This document shows positions 12,211-26,477 of a stretch of 64,000 nucleotides of DNA, piece after piece. This DNA is from Camelus ferus (taxonomy: Eukaryota). The DNA is taken from the NCBI RefSeq assembly GCF_009834535.1, contig NC_045697.1, positions 60,824,001-60,888,000 on the forward strand, in the 5' to 3' direction. Numbering within the stretch: the stretch's first letter is position 1; every line of letters begins with the position of its first letter. The notes under the pieces were generated by a model, which was not told where the DNA came from, did not search any database, and saw only the letters and a list, made by a program, of their open reading frames with translations. Made by a program: the position numbers and the translations under genes.

Positions 12211-15200
12211 GTGGTCTTACGTTTTAAAAGAGTTTATCCAAGGGAAAGAGAGACAAACTCACATTGACAGCATCCCTCTAGAATGATTCAGGTGAGAGCT
12301 TGTCACCTTTGGGTGTTTGGTCATTTTGGCACAAAGATCACTATAATGAAGATGATCATCAATCCACGTTAGCCTTATGATACAAGCCATCAAACTACTT
12401 TAAAACTACTCCACAAATCATCAATCCAAAAGCTGGTTATAATGGGCTAAGCAGTCAGATTGGAATACAAGGACAGAAAACAATTAAGTACTCACTAATA
12501 AATAAGCACAAGTGTCTTTGTTTATTACATTTTTTAGAAATTAAGAAATGCATCATTCATGTATTAAGTACGTCTGTTTCTTATTAAGTGTGCCTATCAC
12601 AAAAGGGCTTGGGGAGATTACTTCCCTCCGGGTGAAATAATCATTGATCTCCTAAGCCTACAATAGTAAAGAATAGACGCTGAAGTTAGGGGACAACACC
12701 AAAATACAGCCATCCTCTGGGAAAAGCTGTTTTTCCCTAGGTGAGATAGTCTCCATTTCAACATTTCTATTCCTTGTAGGACACCGGTCTCTCCTACGGT
12801 TGTGAGGGTGAGGTGGAGTAATAGTTTAATTATTAATAAATATCTATTAATTTTTAAAAATTGTGATTATTGGAATCAACATTAACCAACACCATATGAG
12901 CCAATTTATACCTGAGCAAAAATAGAGGCATTAGAATGGGGAAGGATGGAGGGAATAAGAGAGGAAACAATATGTTTCAATTTATCATAGTATTTTTGTG
13001 CAAAATTTCTCCATCAATTTATCTGTATATAAGAGTGCTACACTTTACATATCCTCATCTAACATAAAGTTTTCTATTCAGTTGTATTATTCCAACATTA
13101 CAGAAACACAAAGTCACAGATTGTTAATCAGGAGAAATCTAAAAATTGATCTATTGTAGTATTTAAGAATTAGTGGCTTTCAGTCTGTTTGTACTTTATA
13201 AATGCTTTATACTGCCTGCTTGAAAATGTTTGAACTAGTATTTAAAAATTAGATATCTGAAGTAAAGAATTCTTAGATAAATGTGAAAAGGAAAGTGTAC
13301 TAGTCAAAATTCCTGCATGGAAATAACTGCAGGAGATTATTTTTAGAGATAGTCACTCTTCAGTTCGCTGAAATAGTCACCTGATAACGTTTAATTAACT
13401 TAAATTACCAGTTGGTCCTTGTGGGTATTTGAATCTGTGACTTGTATTCAGACCATTCCTTTAATTTCACAGGTGAGAAAGTAGAATTTAATTGCAATTA
13501 GGGACAGGTGACTTCACAGAAGACAATGGCAATGGAGGCTGTATAGAAGTCTTCCGGTTTGGTTAATTTTTGCATCAGCCATGGTAATTTTCCACATTTT
13601 TGACAGTATAAAAAATACAAGCAATGTCTTTTTAATTATTTTAACACACAAACCATATTTTAGAGTATAAATTTAAACCTTCCCAAATTGTCATTTACTT
13701 TATTATCATGAAGTGCTTTGTCCAGAGGACACATGACAATCTTATTCAAATATGTTAATGAGCAATAAAATAACATTCTGAATTTCTGAAATTCACTCAT
13801 ATTTCTGATACTAATATGATGTGGAGTAAATTGTTTCAGTGTTTAATGATCAGTAAAATCTTTTTTTCAAAGGTGCAATCCATGCCCAGGAATACATCAG
13901 TAAGGTATAGAGCATAGATTTTGTACTGTTTAGTTTTGCTGATGAGGGATTATAGTGCTTTCTTTTTAAACATTTATCTTATTTTTTAAAGTTTTGAATA
14001 AAATTATTTCTATTTGAGCTTTAGTGCCCAGGAAAAGGTGAAAAATAATCTTCCCAAAACACAACAGTTCACTTTTAATAGGAGCAGTGATCCTTTCTAA
14101 ACCTGTGTTCTGTCCTAATTTACCAGCGAGACAAATCTAGGTTACAGACAATTAAGTATCTTACCCAAGTTCACAAAGCAATTCAGAGTGCATAAAGCAA
14201 ACAAACAGAAACTAACACCCTTCTCATAAAGCTCCCAGCCATGGCTCCCAGACATCCCAAGGATTTCATCCTTCTAGAATCTCTCACCACCCAACTGAAA
14301 TACATATCCCATAAACATTTCTTCAGACTATTTGCAGATAAGTTAATTTCTCTCTTAACTCTTATTTATTAGCTGATATGGTGAGATGATATTGAACTTT
14401 TTAATGATGCCGTTTTACTTTAAAATGTGTTCTGAGATAAATTTTGCATTAAAAATGGTGTAAAAAGTAACATTTTATTGTATTTCATTATGACCAGTCA
14501 TTAGGTTTGGTGAATTGGTTCTTCTTGCTAATGTTTGTGTTAAATTAAAAACACTAAATTGAGATAATCATGCATGAATCCTGCATGAGGCATTAACAAT
14601 GGAATGCTGGAAACAAAGCTGATATCTATTGCACTATAACTAGTCAAAGGGGAAGAACGTTAGGCTGCAAGCAATGTGTGATCATTTCAGTCTCTGGAAA
14701 GAAAAATGGTATCATTTCTATTCTAACTATATTAATGCAGTACAGTATAATTAGGAAAAAATATATAAAGGTAAGTAATTATAGTCAGGTGAACTGAAAA
14801 CTAATGTGTTCTTATAGAAACATTGTTTTCAAGTAATGAAAGAGGTGTTTTAATTATGAAGCTTTGCTGCTTCAACTTTTAAAATAGAAGATGAAAAAAA
14901 TAAATAGTTAAAAATATACTCATAGCAGCTTGATCCTATGGCATGCTCCTAATAGATACAAATCTTCTAATAATGCATTTGCCCTTGGGAGCTTTGAAAA
15001 AGCTTACAGTACTTGCTCATGCCAACAGAGTCATTTCATTCATCTGTTACCGTTTTGGTTGTTTTCCTGTCTACTGACTTTAAATAATTGAGATTGTATA
15101 TTGTGCCCACTCGTTCCTCCGCAAACATTGACCCTTAGCTTCTGTGGCATCAGCCATCTGGAACTGTCTGCCCTCTTTTCTTCACATCACTGGAAACCTA

Positions 15201-17183
15201 ATTCACTGCTTGCTAAAGTACAAAACTCCCATTTAGCTCAGTAGGAGTTTAAAGCAAGATGAGTGGTAGATTGAACACTCATGATCTCCTGCTCACATCT
15301 GAAATGCAGCCAAAATATTACCACTTTTGTGAAAGGGATCTGTTTGTCATGTTAAAAGTGAACACATATTCAAAGGAAATATCAACAATATCACATTCAT
15401 ACGTATCATATTCATATCAGCCGGACACATATCCATCCAGGTTGCATTTCTCTGACAAGCAAGGATTTTTACATTTAAGGTAGAGTCACAGTGTCTCCAT
15501 CCTGTGACCAAGGCAGTAGTTCCATAAAAACACTACATCTTAAAGGTAAATACTAAAAATTGTATTGGTTAGATGGGTTGTTCCTTGTGATTTACTAATC
15601 ACTGCTATGTTTGTCTAATTCTTCCAGATTCCAGGAAGAGGAACATTCTCAGGTAACTGGAGTTTTTATAACTATTTACAAATAAAAGTTTGACAACACC
15701 ATTAGGTCATATTGCCTAGAATAAGTAACAACTAGGACTCAAAGGACAAAATAATCCTTAGTGTATCAATGGCTTTCAGAGAGGATACTTTAAATGGTAT
15801 TTAGAATTTAGAAGTGCTTTACCACATCAGTCTCTTTTAACAAAGTAAAAAAAAATTCATTAATTATGAATTATTATGAAATAAACTAATTTCATCAATT
15901 GTATTCCTCAGTTCTCTCTTGTTCTTGTTCTCCTGACTTTAGGATGTCAGGACACAGGGAAAATATTTTTTTCCAAGGTGACTTTCTATATCTATTGGCC
16001 CATATGAGATAAAGTGATTAATCAGTGAAAATTTAGAAAGATTGGTAGGGAAGAGGTTCTTATGTCTTTAATTATTGTCCACTCAATGCAGTGAATCCTC
16101 TTCATAGTGTTTAGGTATCATCTCTTTCTGTTATTTATTGGAGAATAAAAATTATCATCGGTTCCTGGCTAACTTCATATATGCCACTCTGATAAAAAGG
16201 AAGCAATACAATTAATCCTAACAATGCCATGGCTCTTCGGTACTTGTTTGCATTGAAAGAACACAGATCTTGTCTCCGTTTCCTAATGCCATTTGACACT
16301 GGTTACATATTACCTGTATGTTGCATCATTCATTGTGCCACCTATGAATTCTGCCTTCCACTGACTCTCTCAAGGATTGTTATTGTTCTTTGCTAATGAT
16401 AAATAATACCAATTCAAATCTTACCTAGCGTATGCAGGAAAATGTAGGTGATCATTTATTTTCTGTTCATGTTATATTTATCATTTGGAATCATTTTAGC
16501 ATCAATATACAGCACCTCTTCCAACCATTTCATCTCTTGGAATCCTTAGACCATAGTCACTGCATTATATACAGGGAATATAATCTCTTTCAATATTGAT
16601 GACATCATGATTCTACTGCCACTTGGGGGGACAGGTGAGGAGCTCATACGCAAAGCAAAAGAATAGTCCCACTCATTCAAAAATTTCCAACTCTTAACTA
16701 GCACAGCTGAAGTTTCTCTCAGGATAGTACAGCACTACCACATGAATGGGAAACAAAAGTGAATTTCAATCAATGTGTTCATGGGCTCTGTAAAGCTATG
16801 TTCTTAGAAGTTCTCTTAGGAGAGACGTGTGACAACTCCCCAGCAGACAACCTGAATGAGTGTAGAGCCTGTGAAGGGACTGAGGTAATCCCCATGTTGT
16901 CAATAATGGAGGGCAGACAGAGCCAGTGAGGACTTCCACCACCACTGCGGCTTTTGGCAGCCATAAAATGAAGGCAGGACTGCAATCAGGAAACAACTGG
17001 GAAAGAGCCAAGGCACAAGTCACACACATGACTACACAGCTTAAGCCCAAGAGTCAGCCATGGACTACTGACAAACAGATGTAATATCTTCCTTTTTGGC
17101 CCCTACCTCAGAACAATGGGGAAATAGCCTAGGTCAGGGAATCTCTTCTAAGTGGATGGCCATTTTAATGAACGTAAGAGTTA

Positions 17184-17408
17184 TATAGACAGGATTTCAA
17201 AATTGTAGTATAGATAAACAAGATTATACCGTATAGCACAGGGAAATATACACAAGATCTTATAGTAGCTCGCAGAGAAAAAAATGTGACAATGAATATA
17301 TATATGTTCATGTATAACTGAAAAATTATGCTTTACACTGGAATTTGACTAAATATTGTAAAATGATTATAAATCAATAAAAAAAAAGTGAGAGTTAAAA
17401 ACAAAAGA
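17184..17408 (+). mobile_element. Short 3'-UTR-only L1 insertion, young subfamily
   Basis: Matches about 34961-35160, with AATAAA and an A-rich tail. Candidate TSD AAGAGTTA at 17176-17183 and 17409-17416. Confidence 0.9.
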
Positions 17409-19763
17409 AAGAGTTACTTTTTGTCATCGTAAAAGGAAAATGAAAAAAATATATATTTATGGGTAGCATAGCCAGGGTTCTCCCAGCTTCCAGTTTTATT
17501 GCATACATCCTTAATGGATGGATGGAGAATCCTCAATCCTTAAGGTTTAAAATACTACAAGGTTCATCTGTAGAAGACTCTGCTAGTGAATGCCACTGAG
17601 ACTATCCATGTTACACCAGTAAAGCTTTCTATTTTCTCTGTGCTTTCCCATGGGCCAGATTTAACCAAAGTTGGTCTTTTTTTTTTTTTTTTTTTGGTAA
17701 GACCTTACTTAAAGATACAACAATTAGTAAAGAGTCTCCAAAAGTCCAATATTTATCTGATAAATGCCTTCAAAATATAAGCTCCTGGGTACAATGGGTG
17801 AGATAGCTTAAGCTGCCATTTTGCTTCCATGTAAAATGTACTGTCACTCTCACAGCTTGGAATCTCTAGCCTTCTCCCTAACTTAGCCAAGCTCACTATC
17901 AAAAGTAGTCAATGGCATTCTCCTGTTTAACCCCTATGTTAAGATCTTTTTGGTTGGTAATGTAGAAGAACAAGTTTGAAGAGACAACTAACTCAGGCAT
18001 TACTTAAAGTTTAGAAGTTCAGTGTCATAAGAAATAAATTTCTAGCTTTCTACTTCCATCTGTGTTGGATTGAATCATACGCATTTGAGGACTTCTGGCA
18101 ATTCTGGACTTATTTTTACTGTTAACAAACATATTACAAGAGAATGAGACCATATCTTTCTCATGGTTCTCCACACAGAGGTTTATTTTGACAACTTTGG
18201 GCACTGGTCTTACTGGACCTAATTGCCACATTTGAGATGAAAAAAGTCTTTATGATAGAGTTACGTCATGTACCCAACATAAATATGTATATGTATATTT
18301 GTCACAGGAAGGTATTAATACTTCATGAACCATATGAATGGACTAAGTAAAAAGGTGAAGTTTCTCAAGGAGACAATTAAATTTCATTTGCAGAAATACT
18401 GGGTAGATACTAAGCTTATTATAGCAACAAATATTCATTATGAGAAATTTAAATGAACTATGACAAGTCATGTGAAATTCTAAGTAATGTACATGAAGAT
18501 TAAGGATTAGTATGAGCAGTGTAAACAGATCCTCTAAGTTCTATTCCTCATTGCATTGGTTTGCTAGTATTAAAAACTCCTATATTACATATTGATTTAG
18601 TTTCCAAACTTCCTTCAGAAAAATGAATTTTAGAGACTATGAAAAGTAGAGAAATGGCTTTACTATACGTTTAAGAGTTAATGGTGAATTAACTCTGTGA
18701 TGAACTTAGGAATATTCAAGAGAACTTGTAGAGCAGCTCTCCATAAGTCAGTTAAAAGATTCTTTGGAGTGGCGTACAGGGAATGGAGAGCATCATCACA
18801 TAACAAAATTTTGTTGTGATTTTGCTTTGATATCCATGATGTCCAACCCAATATTGCATATACAGTTTGCTATCAGACTGAAGAGATAGATATTCTAGGA
18901 AATCTAGTATTCTAGACACATAAAATTATCATATTTTGTATCTGAATTTTTACTAAGTAATTGGAACATAATAAATGATCATTATTAATACAAATATAAT
19001 AACCATTTAATTTGATAACTTACTTGGAATTTTTTTATACAAGCTGGATATTATTTCCAGTAAACTACTGATAATTATTTATCGGTAAATGTGACATCTC
19101 CCTGTCACTAATCCACATATGTCTTTTAAGAAGTCACTTAGTTTCAAGATGATGATACCTAGACTAGAGAAATAACAATAATGAAATCTAAACTAAAGAA
19201 CTACCACTTATGCTTATTTGCTTCTATCTTTGAATATATCCTCTCTTGCTATGATTAAAAGAAACTCTCAAAGTATATTTTTAAGAGAATATAATGACTC
19301 TAAAGCTTCATCCCAAGTTTACAGAACATTAGAATCATTATCATGAAGTTCAATTTTCTCTACAGTACAGAAGTATAGCGACACCAGTTAATAGAGAATG
19401 CTTTATGATAAAATGTGAATAAAACTAGTTTCATCTTACTGAAACTACACTCTGTTTTCTTTATTTGTGCACACACCAGTATTTTTCCTTAATCTCCTTA
19501 TTTTTGTAGTATAAAATTAGATGTTGTAAAGGAAACAAAATAAGCCATTAAATTATTCCATAGAACACAAGTAAATGAAAATATTATAAGAAAATCAAGG
19601 CAAATACAGTAATGTTATAGTTTCCCACTAAGGGAACCACAAATCTTCAAACCTCTTCTTCCTCAGGATCTTCCCCTTTTTTCTTATAATCCACACATAA
19701 AATGCCTAAAGCAGAATTTTATCTTATGCATATTATGATCTGCTCCCCAAGGCAGGAATGAGG

Positions 19764-19771
19764 GTGTGTGC

Positions 19772-19807
<36 letters not shown>
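19764..19807. repeat. (TG)n microsatellite
   Basis: Pure (TG)16 at 19775-19806 with an interrupted left flank. Confidence 0.95.
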
Positions 19808-19809
<2 letters not shown>

Positions 19810-20125
19810 ATCTTAGAATCTACCAACTTGTATGTACTTGTATGGTCAGATTTCAATTGTATGAGAATTATCTTTTAATATCATCATTTTGCTAATTAGT
19901 CATATTTTCTCTTTTATGAGAATCATTTTAGCTTTTCCATGCCCAAAATTTGAGTGTCCTCAGAGTTAAAGGCACCATTTGGTAATTTTATATTTTACAG
20001 TTGGCTCTAATAGCTTTAAGTCTCTCCTAATTTGTGCCATAGTTTGAATTATTTGCATAATTTTCATAATCTCTTACATCTTTATTCTTTTTAAAGATTC
20101 AGCTACATAAATATTGGCTTTCAAA

Positions 20126-20182
20126 TATATATATGTATATATGTGTATATATATATACACACACATACACACATACATGTAT
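20126..20182. repeat. Compound (AT)n/(AC)n microsatellite
   Basis: ATATATATATGTATATATGTGTATATATATATACACACACATACAC. Confidence 0.85.
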
Positions 20183-20272
20183 ATTCATTGTGCATCAACA
20201 TTTTCAAAAATGATTTTTTTTTAATTAGGAAAATTGGTCTTATTAGAGGCTTCTAGGAATTACCTTCTAAGG

Positions 20273-20576
20273 CAGGTTGGCAAACATTTTTGTAAAAGGT
20301 GGAAAAGTAAATATTTAAGGCTTTCCCTCTATCACAATTAATCAAACTTGACATTGCAGCCCAGAAGCAGACATAAACAGTATGCAGATGAATGAGTGTG
20401 GATGTATGTATAGAGATCGAAATTTGAATTTCATACATTATTATAAAACGTTATTCTTATTTTAATGTTTTCAAATATTTACAAGTGTTTAAAATAAAAA
20501 AAAATTTTGTTTGCAGGCCATGTAAAAAACAAAAAGTAAAACAGATTTACCAAAGAGTTGTAGTTTGTAATCTCTG
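20273..20576 (+). mobile_element. MER58-like non-autonomous hAT-Charlie DNA transposon
   Basis: Degenerate terminal inverted repeats CAGGTTGGCAAAC..AGTTTGTAATCTCTG. The 8-bp TSD-like flanks TTCTAAGG (20265-20272) and CTCTAAGA (20577-20584) resemble the hAT NTCTAGAN preference. Confidence 0.75.
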
Positions 20577-21559
20577 CTCTAAGACAAGGGAAACAATATA
20601 TATTTAATTTAAAACAGTCTTGAATGAAAAGTTACATACAATACAAAATTCAAGTATAACAAAATAACATAAAAGTAAAGTTTTCCTGTCTTCCCTGAGG
20701 TCTGTAAAATCGTGATTCTTTTGCTTATTTTAAAAAATTAATAAAAATGTACACATATTCTTTTAAAAATCTTATTATAAATGGTTCATAGTCAAATATA
20801 GCAAATATCAATATCCCATCACCTGCCTTTCTTTACCAAGTAGCAGTCAAAGCATTCTTGTTCTTAGTACTCTAGATAATCACCTGAGTATCTCAAAATT
20901 ATATGATTAAACTATTATTTCTTCATGTATCAACTTGTCTATGTTCCACATCCAACCTCTCAATAAATCTGTTCATTTCTTCCATTGTTAATTTAGAAAC
21001 TTGAAATGATATTTTAAAATTTCTATTATTTATTCTATTAATATATTAATGTATTTATTCTATTAAGTATAAGTAATTTTTCTCCATTGCCACCACATTT
21101 TTATTACAGTCATATGCTCTATTTAATAAAATCAAAGGAAAATTTTAAAGTAGGGTTTTGTTTTGTCTTGTTTTTTACCAAATTACTATGTTAGAGACTA
21201 TTGATCATTTCTGTTAAGATTTATAATATAGAAGAATCAAGATAGAAGATATCATAGTTAATAAACAATATATCAGGGGTTTATTTCCCTACAGCTTTTC
21301 ATTTTCCAGGCTACCGTGTAACATAAATTCTTTTTAGTGGCAGCAAACAGGTCTGGGCTTTTGGTGTGCTATGTGCATGCTACTGATAGAAATTTATGGC
21401 TGAACTTGTCTAGTGTATCGCTCAGTGAATCAATGGTCTGCAGTTGGCATCCTGGAATCAACTGAGGTTCTTCTGCTTTAATCTGGATGTTTTGCTCTCT
21501 ATGATTGAAGAGCAGCTGCAACCTTGGAATTTCTCCAATCTGCTATCATTTGTTACGGT

Positions 21560-23160
21560 CTCATTTTCTGAACTCTATTTCTTCTGGGTCTAGTTTATTT
21601 CTTTGACTTGCTAGAACACATCCTCTTGTAGTTTCCTAGGAAGGCATGTATGGGATGAAATTTTTCTGAATCATCTTATGTCCTTACTTTGCCTTTACAC
21701 TTGAAGTGTATAGCTAGATATAATTTCTAGACTGAAAATCACTTTCCTAGCATGCCTTCTTTGTATTCTGTCTTCCAATGTGGGTCTTTTTTCCATGATA
21801 CACTTGATCTTTAGTCCTTGGGAAGTTTTACTCACAGCTACTTTGGTATATTACTCTTCTCTCATGTATTGTTCTGTCTTAGATGATACAGCATTCTGAC
21901 ACTGGAACTCTTCTAATAATTTTCTAACTATCTTACTATATTTTCTATTTGTCTTTTTTCACTGTCTTTTGGGAATTTACTTAGCATTGTCTTTCAATTC
22001 TTCTATTGAAAAGTTTTGTTTGTTTTGGCTATTACTTTTTTCCCTAACAGCCTCCTTTCATTTATCTTTTCACAAAACCCTGCATTTGTTCTTAAATTGA
22101 TGCCAGACTTTCCTTTGTCATCCTGCTTATCATACTATTATTTTTTAAGATCTGTTCTTTCAAATAGCATTGTTTCCTCTGAATTATTTTATTCAGATTT
22201 TTATGTTTGTATATTTTCTCTTAGAACTTCTGATCCTTGATTATCTCTTTAAATTAAAAAGAAAGTACTAAAGTAATTACAGGAATTTAGTACAGGAATG
22301 GAGCTAGTCAACGGGTTGGGTATATTCTGAAGCACCAACTCTTTTAATGGAATGTTTCCCAGATTTCAGTAGATGGAAGTTTTTTCTCTAGGGCTCTTTG
22401 CTTTTTCCTCATAAGAATCATCTGATCCTTTGCTTACCAAAGAGCTGCCTATGTTCTGAATAGGACGGAGAGAAAACTTGGAATTTAATTAGTCTATGTG
22501 TTATTTTTTTCTGTTTAAACTGCTGTACTGTATATTTTGCACACAGTAAAGTGCATGAATCTTAGCCCTAGGCTAAATTAATATTATATGTTTTATATAC
22601 CATATAGTCACTAAGTTAGGATAGAGAGCATTTTCAGTACCCAAGAAGGCTCCCTCGCATCACTTTCCAGACGATATGTTGCTCAAATTAACCATGTCTT
22701 TGACCTGTATGACCATAGATCCGTTCTTTCTGTATATGAATGCAATATAAATAGTCATACAGAATATAGTCTTTTATCCCTGCCTTCTCTCATTACTTCT
22801 TTGAAATTTATCTATGCTTTTATGTTATCAGTAGTTCATTCTCTTTCACTTATGTGTACTATGACATTGTGTGAATTCACCAAAACACTTTTACCCATTT
22901 TTCTGAGGATAGACATTTAGGTTGTTTCCCTGTTGGAACTATTATGAATAAAACTGTTGTTACACTTTGTTTAATTGGTTGACATAGTTTCAGTGTCTTG
23001 AGGTACATATCTAGGATTGATACTGTGAGTTGTAGTGTAAGTAAACATTTGAATAGATTCTGCTAGAGTTTTCTAGAGTAGTTGTAGCAATTTATGTCTT
23101 TAAAGCAATGCATAAGAGTTTTAGTAGCTTCATCTACTTGTCAGCATTTGGTCAATCTAA
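21560..23160 (-). mobile_element. Ancient L1 fragments (ORF1-like 21560-22450; 3'-end-like 22510-23160)
   Basis: T-rich degenerate L1 reverse-complement motifs (GATAGACATTTAGGTTGTTTCC..ATTATGAATAAAACTG..TACATATCTAGGA). Confidence 0.55.
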
Positions 23161-23364
23161 CTTGAGCTTGAAACAAATCCTTTTGTCTAATGTTAGTTTT
23201 TGGTTTTATATGCCTGTCTATTTCAGTTTCTACTTACTCTTCAGGATTATTTTATTCAAGTAAAAATTTATTTGGAGGGTAAAGACCTTATACCTAGGTG
23301 GCCCTACCTCCTAAGGCATGATTCCTGGGATTCTGACTAAAATTCTGAAGTGTTTATCAAGACT

Positions 23365-25190
23365 TATTATTGAAAGAAACTTAAAAATCTAAGAGAATGG
23401 AGAAAAATATATGTTGGATTAGATGATTCAATATTGCTAAGATGCCAATTTTTGTTCAACTGAGCTCTAAATCTAATACAGTCACAAATATCATCCCAGC
23501 ATCCTTTTTGTTACTGTTCTTGTTGAAATTTCCAAACTGATTATAAAATTTATATGGAAACAAAAAGGGCTTTAGAAAATCCAAGACTATCTTGGAAAAG
23601 AAAAGTGTTTCTAAGACTCTTACTGCCTTACTCCAAAATGTAATAAAAACATACATTAATGAAGACAATGTGGAAAAGAATAGAGATTAAAAATTGGATC
23701 AATGAGAGCCCAGAATAGAGACCCAGAAACAGACTCATATATCCATCTGATATTTGTCAGAGGTATCAAAACAACCCAATGTTAAAACTGTAATGTATTT
23801 AATAGAAAAATTAGTAAAATATTTCCATAAGTTAGGATTAGGCAATCCTTTTGTAGACAGGTCACAGAAAGCAATAACTATAAAGAAAAAACTTTATAAA
23901 AAGGACTTAAAATTAAATATTTTTACTCAACAAAAGACACAGAAAAATAAATAGGCGAATCACAGATTCAGGAAAATATTAACAGTCTATTTGATGAAGG
24001 GCTGGTATAAAGACACATAAAGAACTCATATGAGTCACACAATCCAGTAGAAAAATAGCCTAATAGTTTGCACAGACACATTACCTAAAAAAATACATAA
24101 ATGTCCAAAAAACAAATGAAACACTACTCAATATTATTAGTTATTAGAAAAATGAAAGTTGAGACAATAATTAGATATTACTTAATACCATCAAGACATT
24201 AAAATTAAAAAGAGTAACAACTGTATGCTATTGAGGAAGTATAACAATTGAAACTCTTGTAGAGTATGGTTGGAAATGCAAAATTGCAAAACCACACTGG
24301 GTAGTAGTTTTGTGGGGTTTCATAATACAAAATATATGGCAACACCAAGATTCATTATTTCACTATAAGATATTTATCTTAAAAATATGTGTGTATATGT
24401 ATGTATAAACACATATGTATGTATATATATATATGTTCACAAAAAGACATATAAGAATGCTTATAACAGCTTTGTTTAAAATAGCCTCAAAATGAAAACA
24501 GATCAAGTGTCCCCATCAATAGAAGAATGTATTAATAAATTAATTCATATTTATACTGTAGATTCACATTTGATAATAAAAAGAAACAAATTACTGACAT
24601 ATGTAACAATGTGAATAAATCTTAAAAACATTACACCAAATGACAAAAGCTTTATGTAAAGTATACTTACTCCATGATTCCATATTTGAAATTCTAGAAC
24701 AAGTAAAACTATTCTACAAATGAAAGGAATATGAATAGTGGTTGTGTCTTGGGGGGTGATAGCCTGGCTGATGGGGAGGGGAATGAGAAGACATTCTGGG
24801 TTTATGATAACATTCTATATTTTGATAGAGGATTGTTTTACACAGATGTATACATTTGTTGAAACAAAGTAGAAGTACACTTGCAATCTGTGTATTTTGT
24901 AATCATTGCAAATCTTGCAGTCATTGTGTATAAATGTTACATCCAACAGGGGAAAATTATTCTAAACAAAGAATGAATCCTATGTATGATAAGCATGCTG
25001 GTATATTTATGGAAGTATATTAATGTCTATAATTTACTTTGAAATAAACTTTAAAATAAGATGGATTAATTTAAAGTTATTGACAGGGATAGATATGTGA
25101 TAAAATATGTACAACAAAATGTTAAATAAAGATAATTAAACAGTAGGCATATAGATTTCATTATAAGATGATTTGAACTTAGTTAAATTT
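23365..25190 (+). mobile_element. Ancient L1MC/ME-like ORF2 3' end and 3' UTR
   Basis: GATTCAATATTGCTAAGATGCCAATT..CAAACTGATTATAAAATTTATATGGAAA..AAATAGCCTCAAAATGAAAACA, followed by an L1MC-type 3' UTR. Confidence 0.8.
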
Positions 25191-25642
25191 TTTTTGGGGG
25201 GGAATGGGCCATGAAGTAGGTAGTCATCAATAAATAAAATATTTAAGTTTTATTTAACATTCTGTTTTATTCTCCCTTTATAGAATGCACAAATAAATCT
25301 CCCTAGCATTTTCTACGGTAGAGAATTTAAACTCTCTCTATGATTACTTATTTCAATGGTGACTACCTGGTATTCTGTGCTGACTTATCCTTGTGACATT
25401 CCTCTAATCAGGTGTAGTGAAATGCTAAAATTTTATTTAGCAATGTCTTGATGACAAATGTCCATTCCCTGGACTATGAATCAAATAAAGGAAATATAAG
25501 AGCTCTTGGAGATTATCCAGCAATTTTCACTTTCATGTAACCATAGTGAATTTCATTGAGTATATGAGACATTTCCAAAGTCTTATAGCTAGTTATTGTC
25601 ACATTTCTATCGAACCCAGCCTTCTAGCTATATTTGCTCATT

Positions 25643-25805
25643 AAACATCATATGCTATCACTTACATGTGGAATCTAAAAAAAAAGACAAACAAACTTAT
25701 TTACAAAGCAGAAACAGATTCACATAGAAAACAAACTTATGGTTACTGGGGGAAAGGAGGTGGTAAGGGATAAACTGGGAGTTTGAGATTTGCAGATACT
25801 AACTA

Positions 25806-25837
<32 letters not shown>

Positions 25838-26027
25838 GATAAACAACAAGTTCATACTGTACAGCATAGGAAACTATACTCAATATCCTGTAGTAACCTT
25901 TGGTGAAAAAGAATATGAAAATATATATATGTATGTATATGTATGACTGAAGCATTAGGCTGTACACTAGAAATTGACACAACATTGTAAACTATACTTC
26001 AATAAAAGTATATATATAGACAAAAAA
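25643..26027 (+). mobile_element. 5'-truncated L1 3' end
   Basis: ORF2 terminal TGTGGAATCTAA, then the 3' UTR and AATAAA at 26001-26006. Contains (TA)13 at 25807-25832. Confidence 0.9.
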
Positions 26028-26423
26028 TTTATCTTTTGAAAATTGAAGAGTTTCCTAAGAAAAACTCAGTAAGAAAACCATTAAAGATTACATAGCAATC
26101 TTAATAAAGAAGACTGTGTTGTACTATTGGACAAATGCTTCTTGGGTCAAACACAATTCAGATGAAATAAATGAAAAGGCACACTAGACATTGCTTTAGT
26201 TACTGAGAAAGAAAAAATCTAAATTAAAAATTTTTCATTCCTCATAATTTTCCCATAGAATTGAGTTGTATTCTCCAAGTAGCAGGCATAAAATAAAGAA
26301 GTTGAAAACCTATATTTATTCCCCCATTATAGCAGCCAAGATGTGTGGGTTACACACTAGAGGCAAATGTTTCTGCGGCTTATTACGAACATCTAAGTAA
26401 TTCTGCTCTTCATGGCCTGCCCA

Positions 26424-26477
26424 CAGTTATTTTCTGATCTCTTTCATATCAGTTATTTTCTGATCTCTGTCAGATCA
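26424..26477. repeat. 26-bp tandem duplication
   Basis: CAGTTATTTTCTGATCTCT(T/G)TCA(T/G)AT occurs twice, at 26424 and 26450. Confidence 0.85.
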
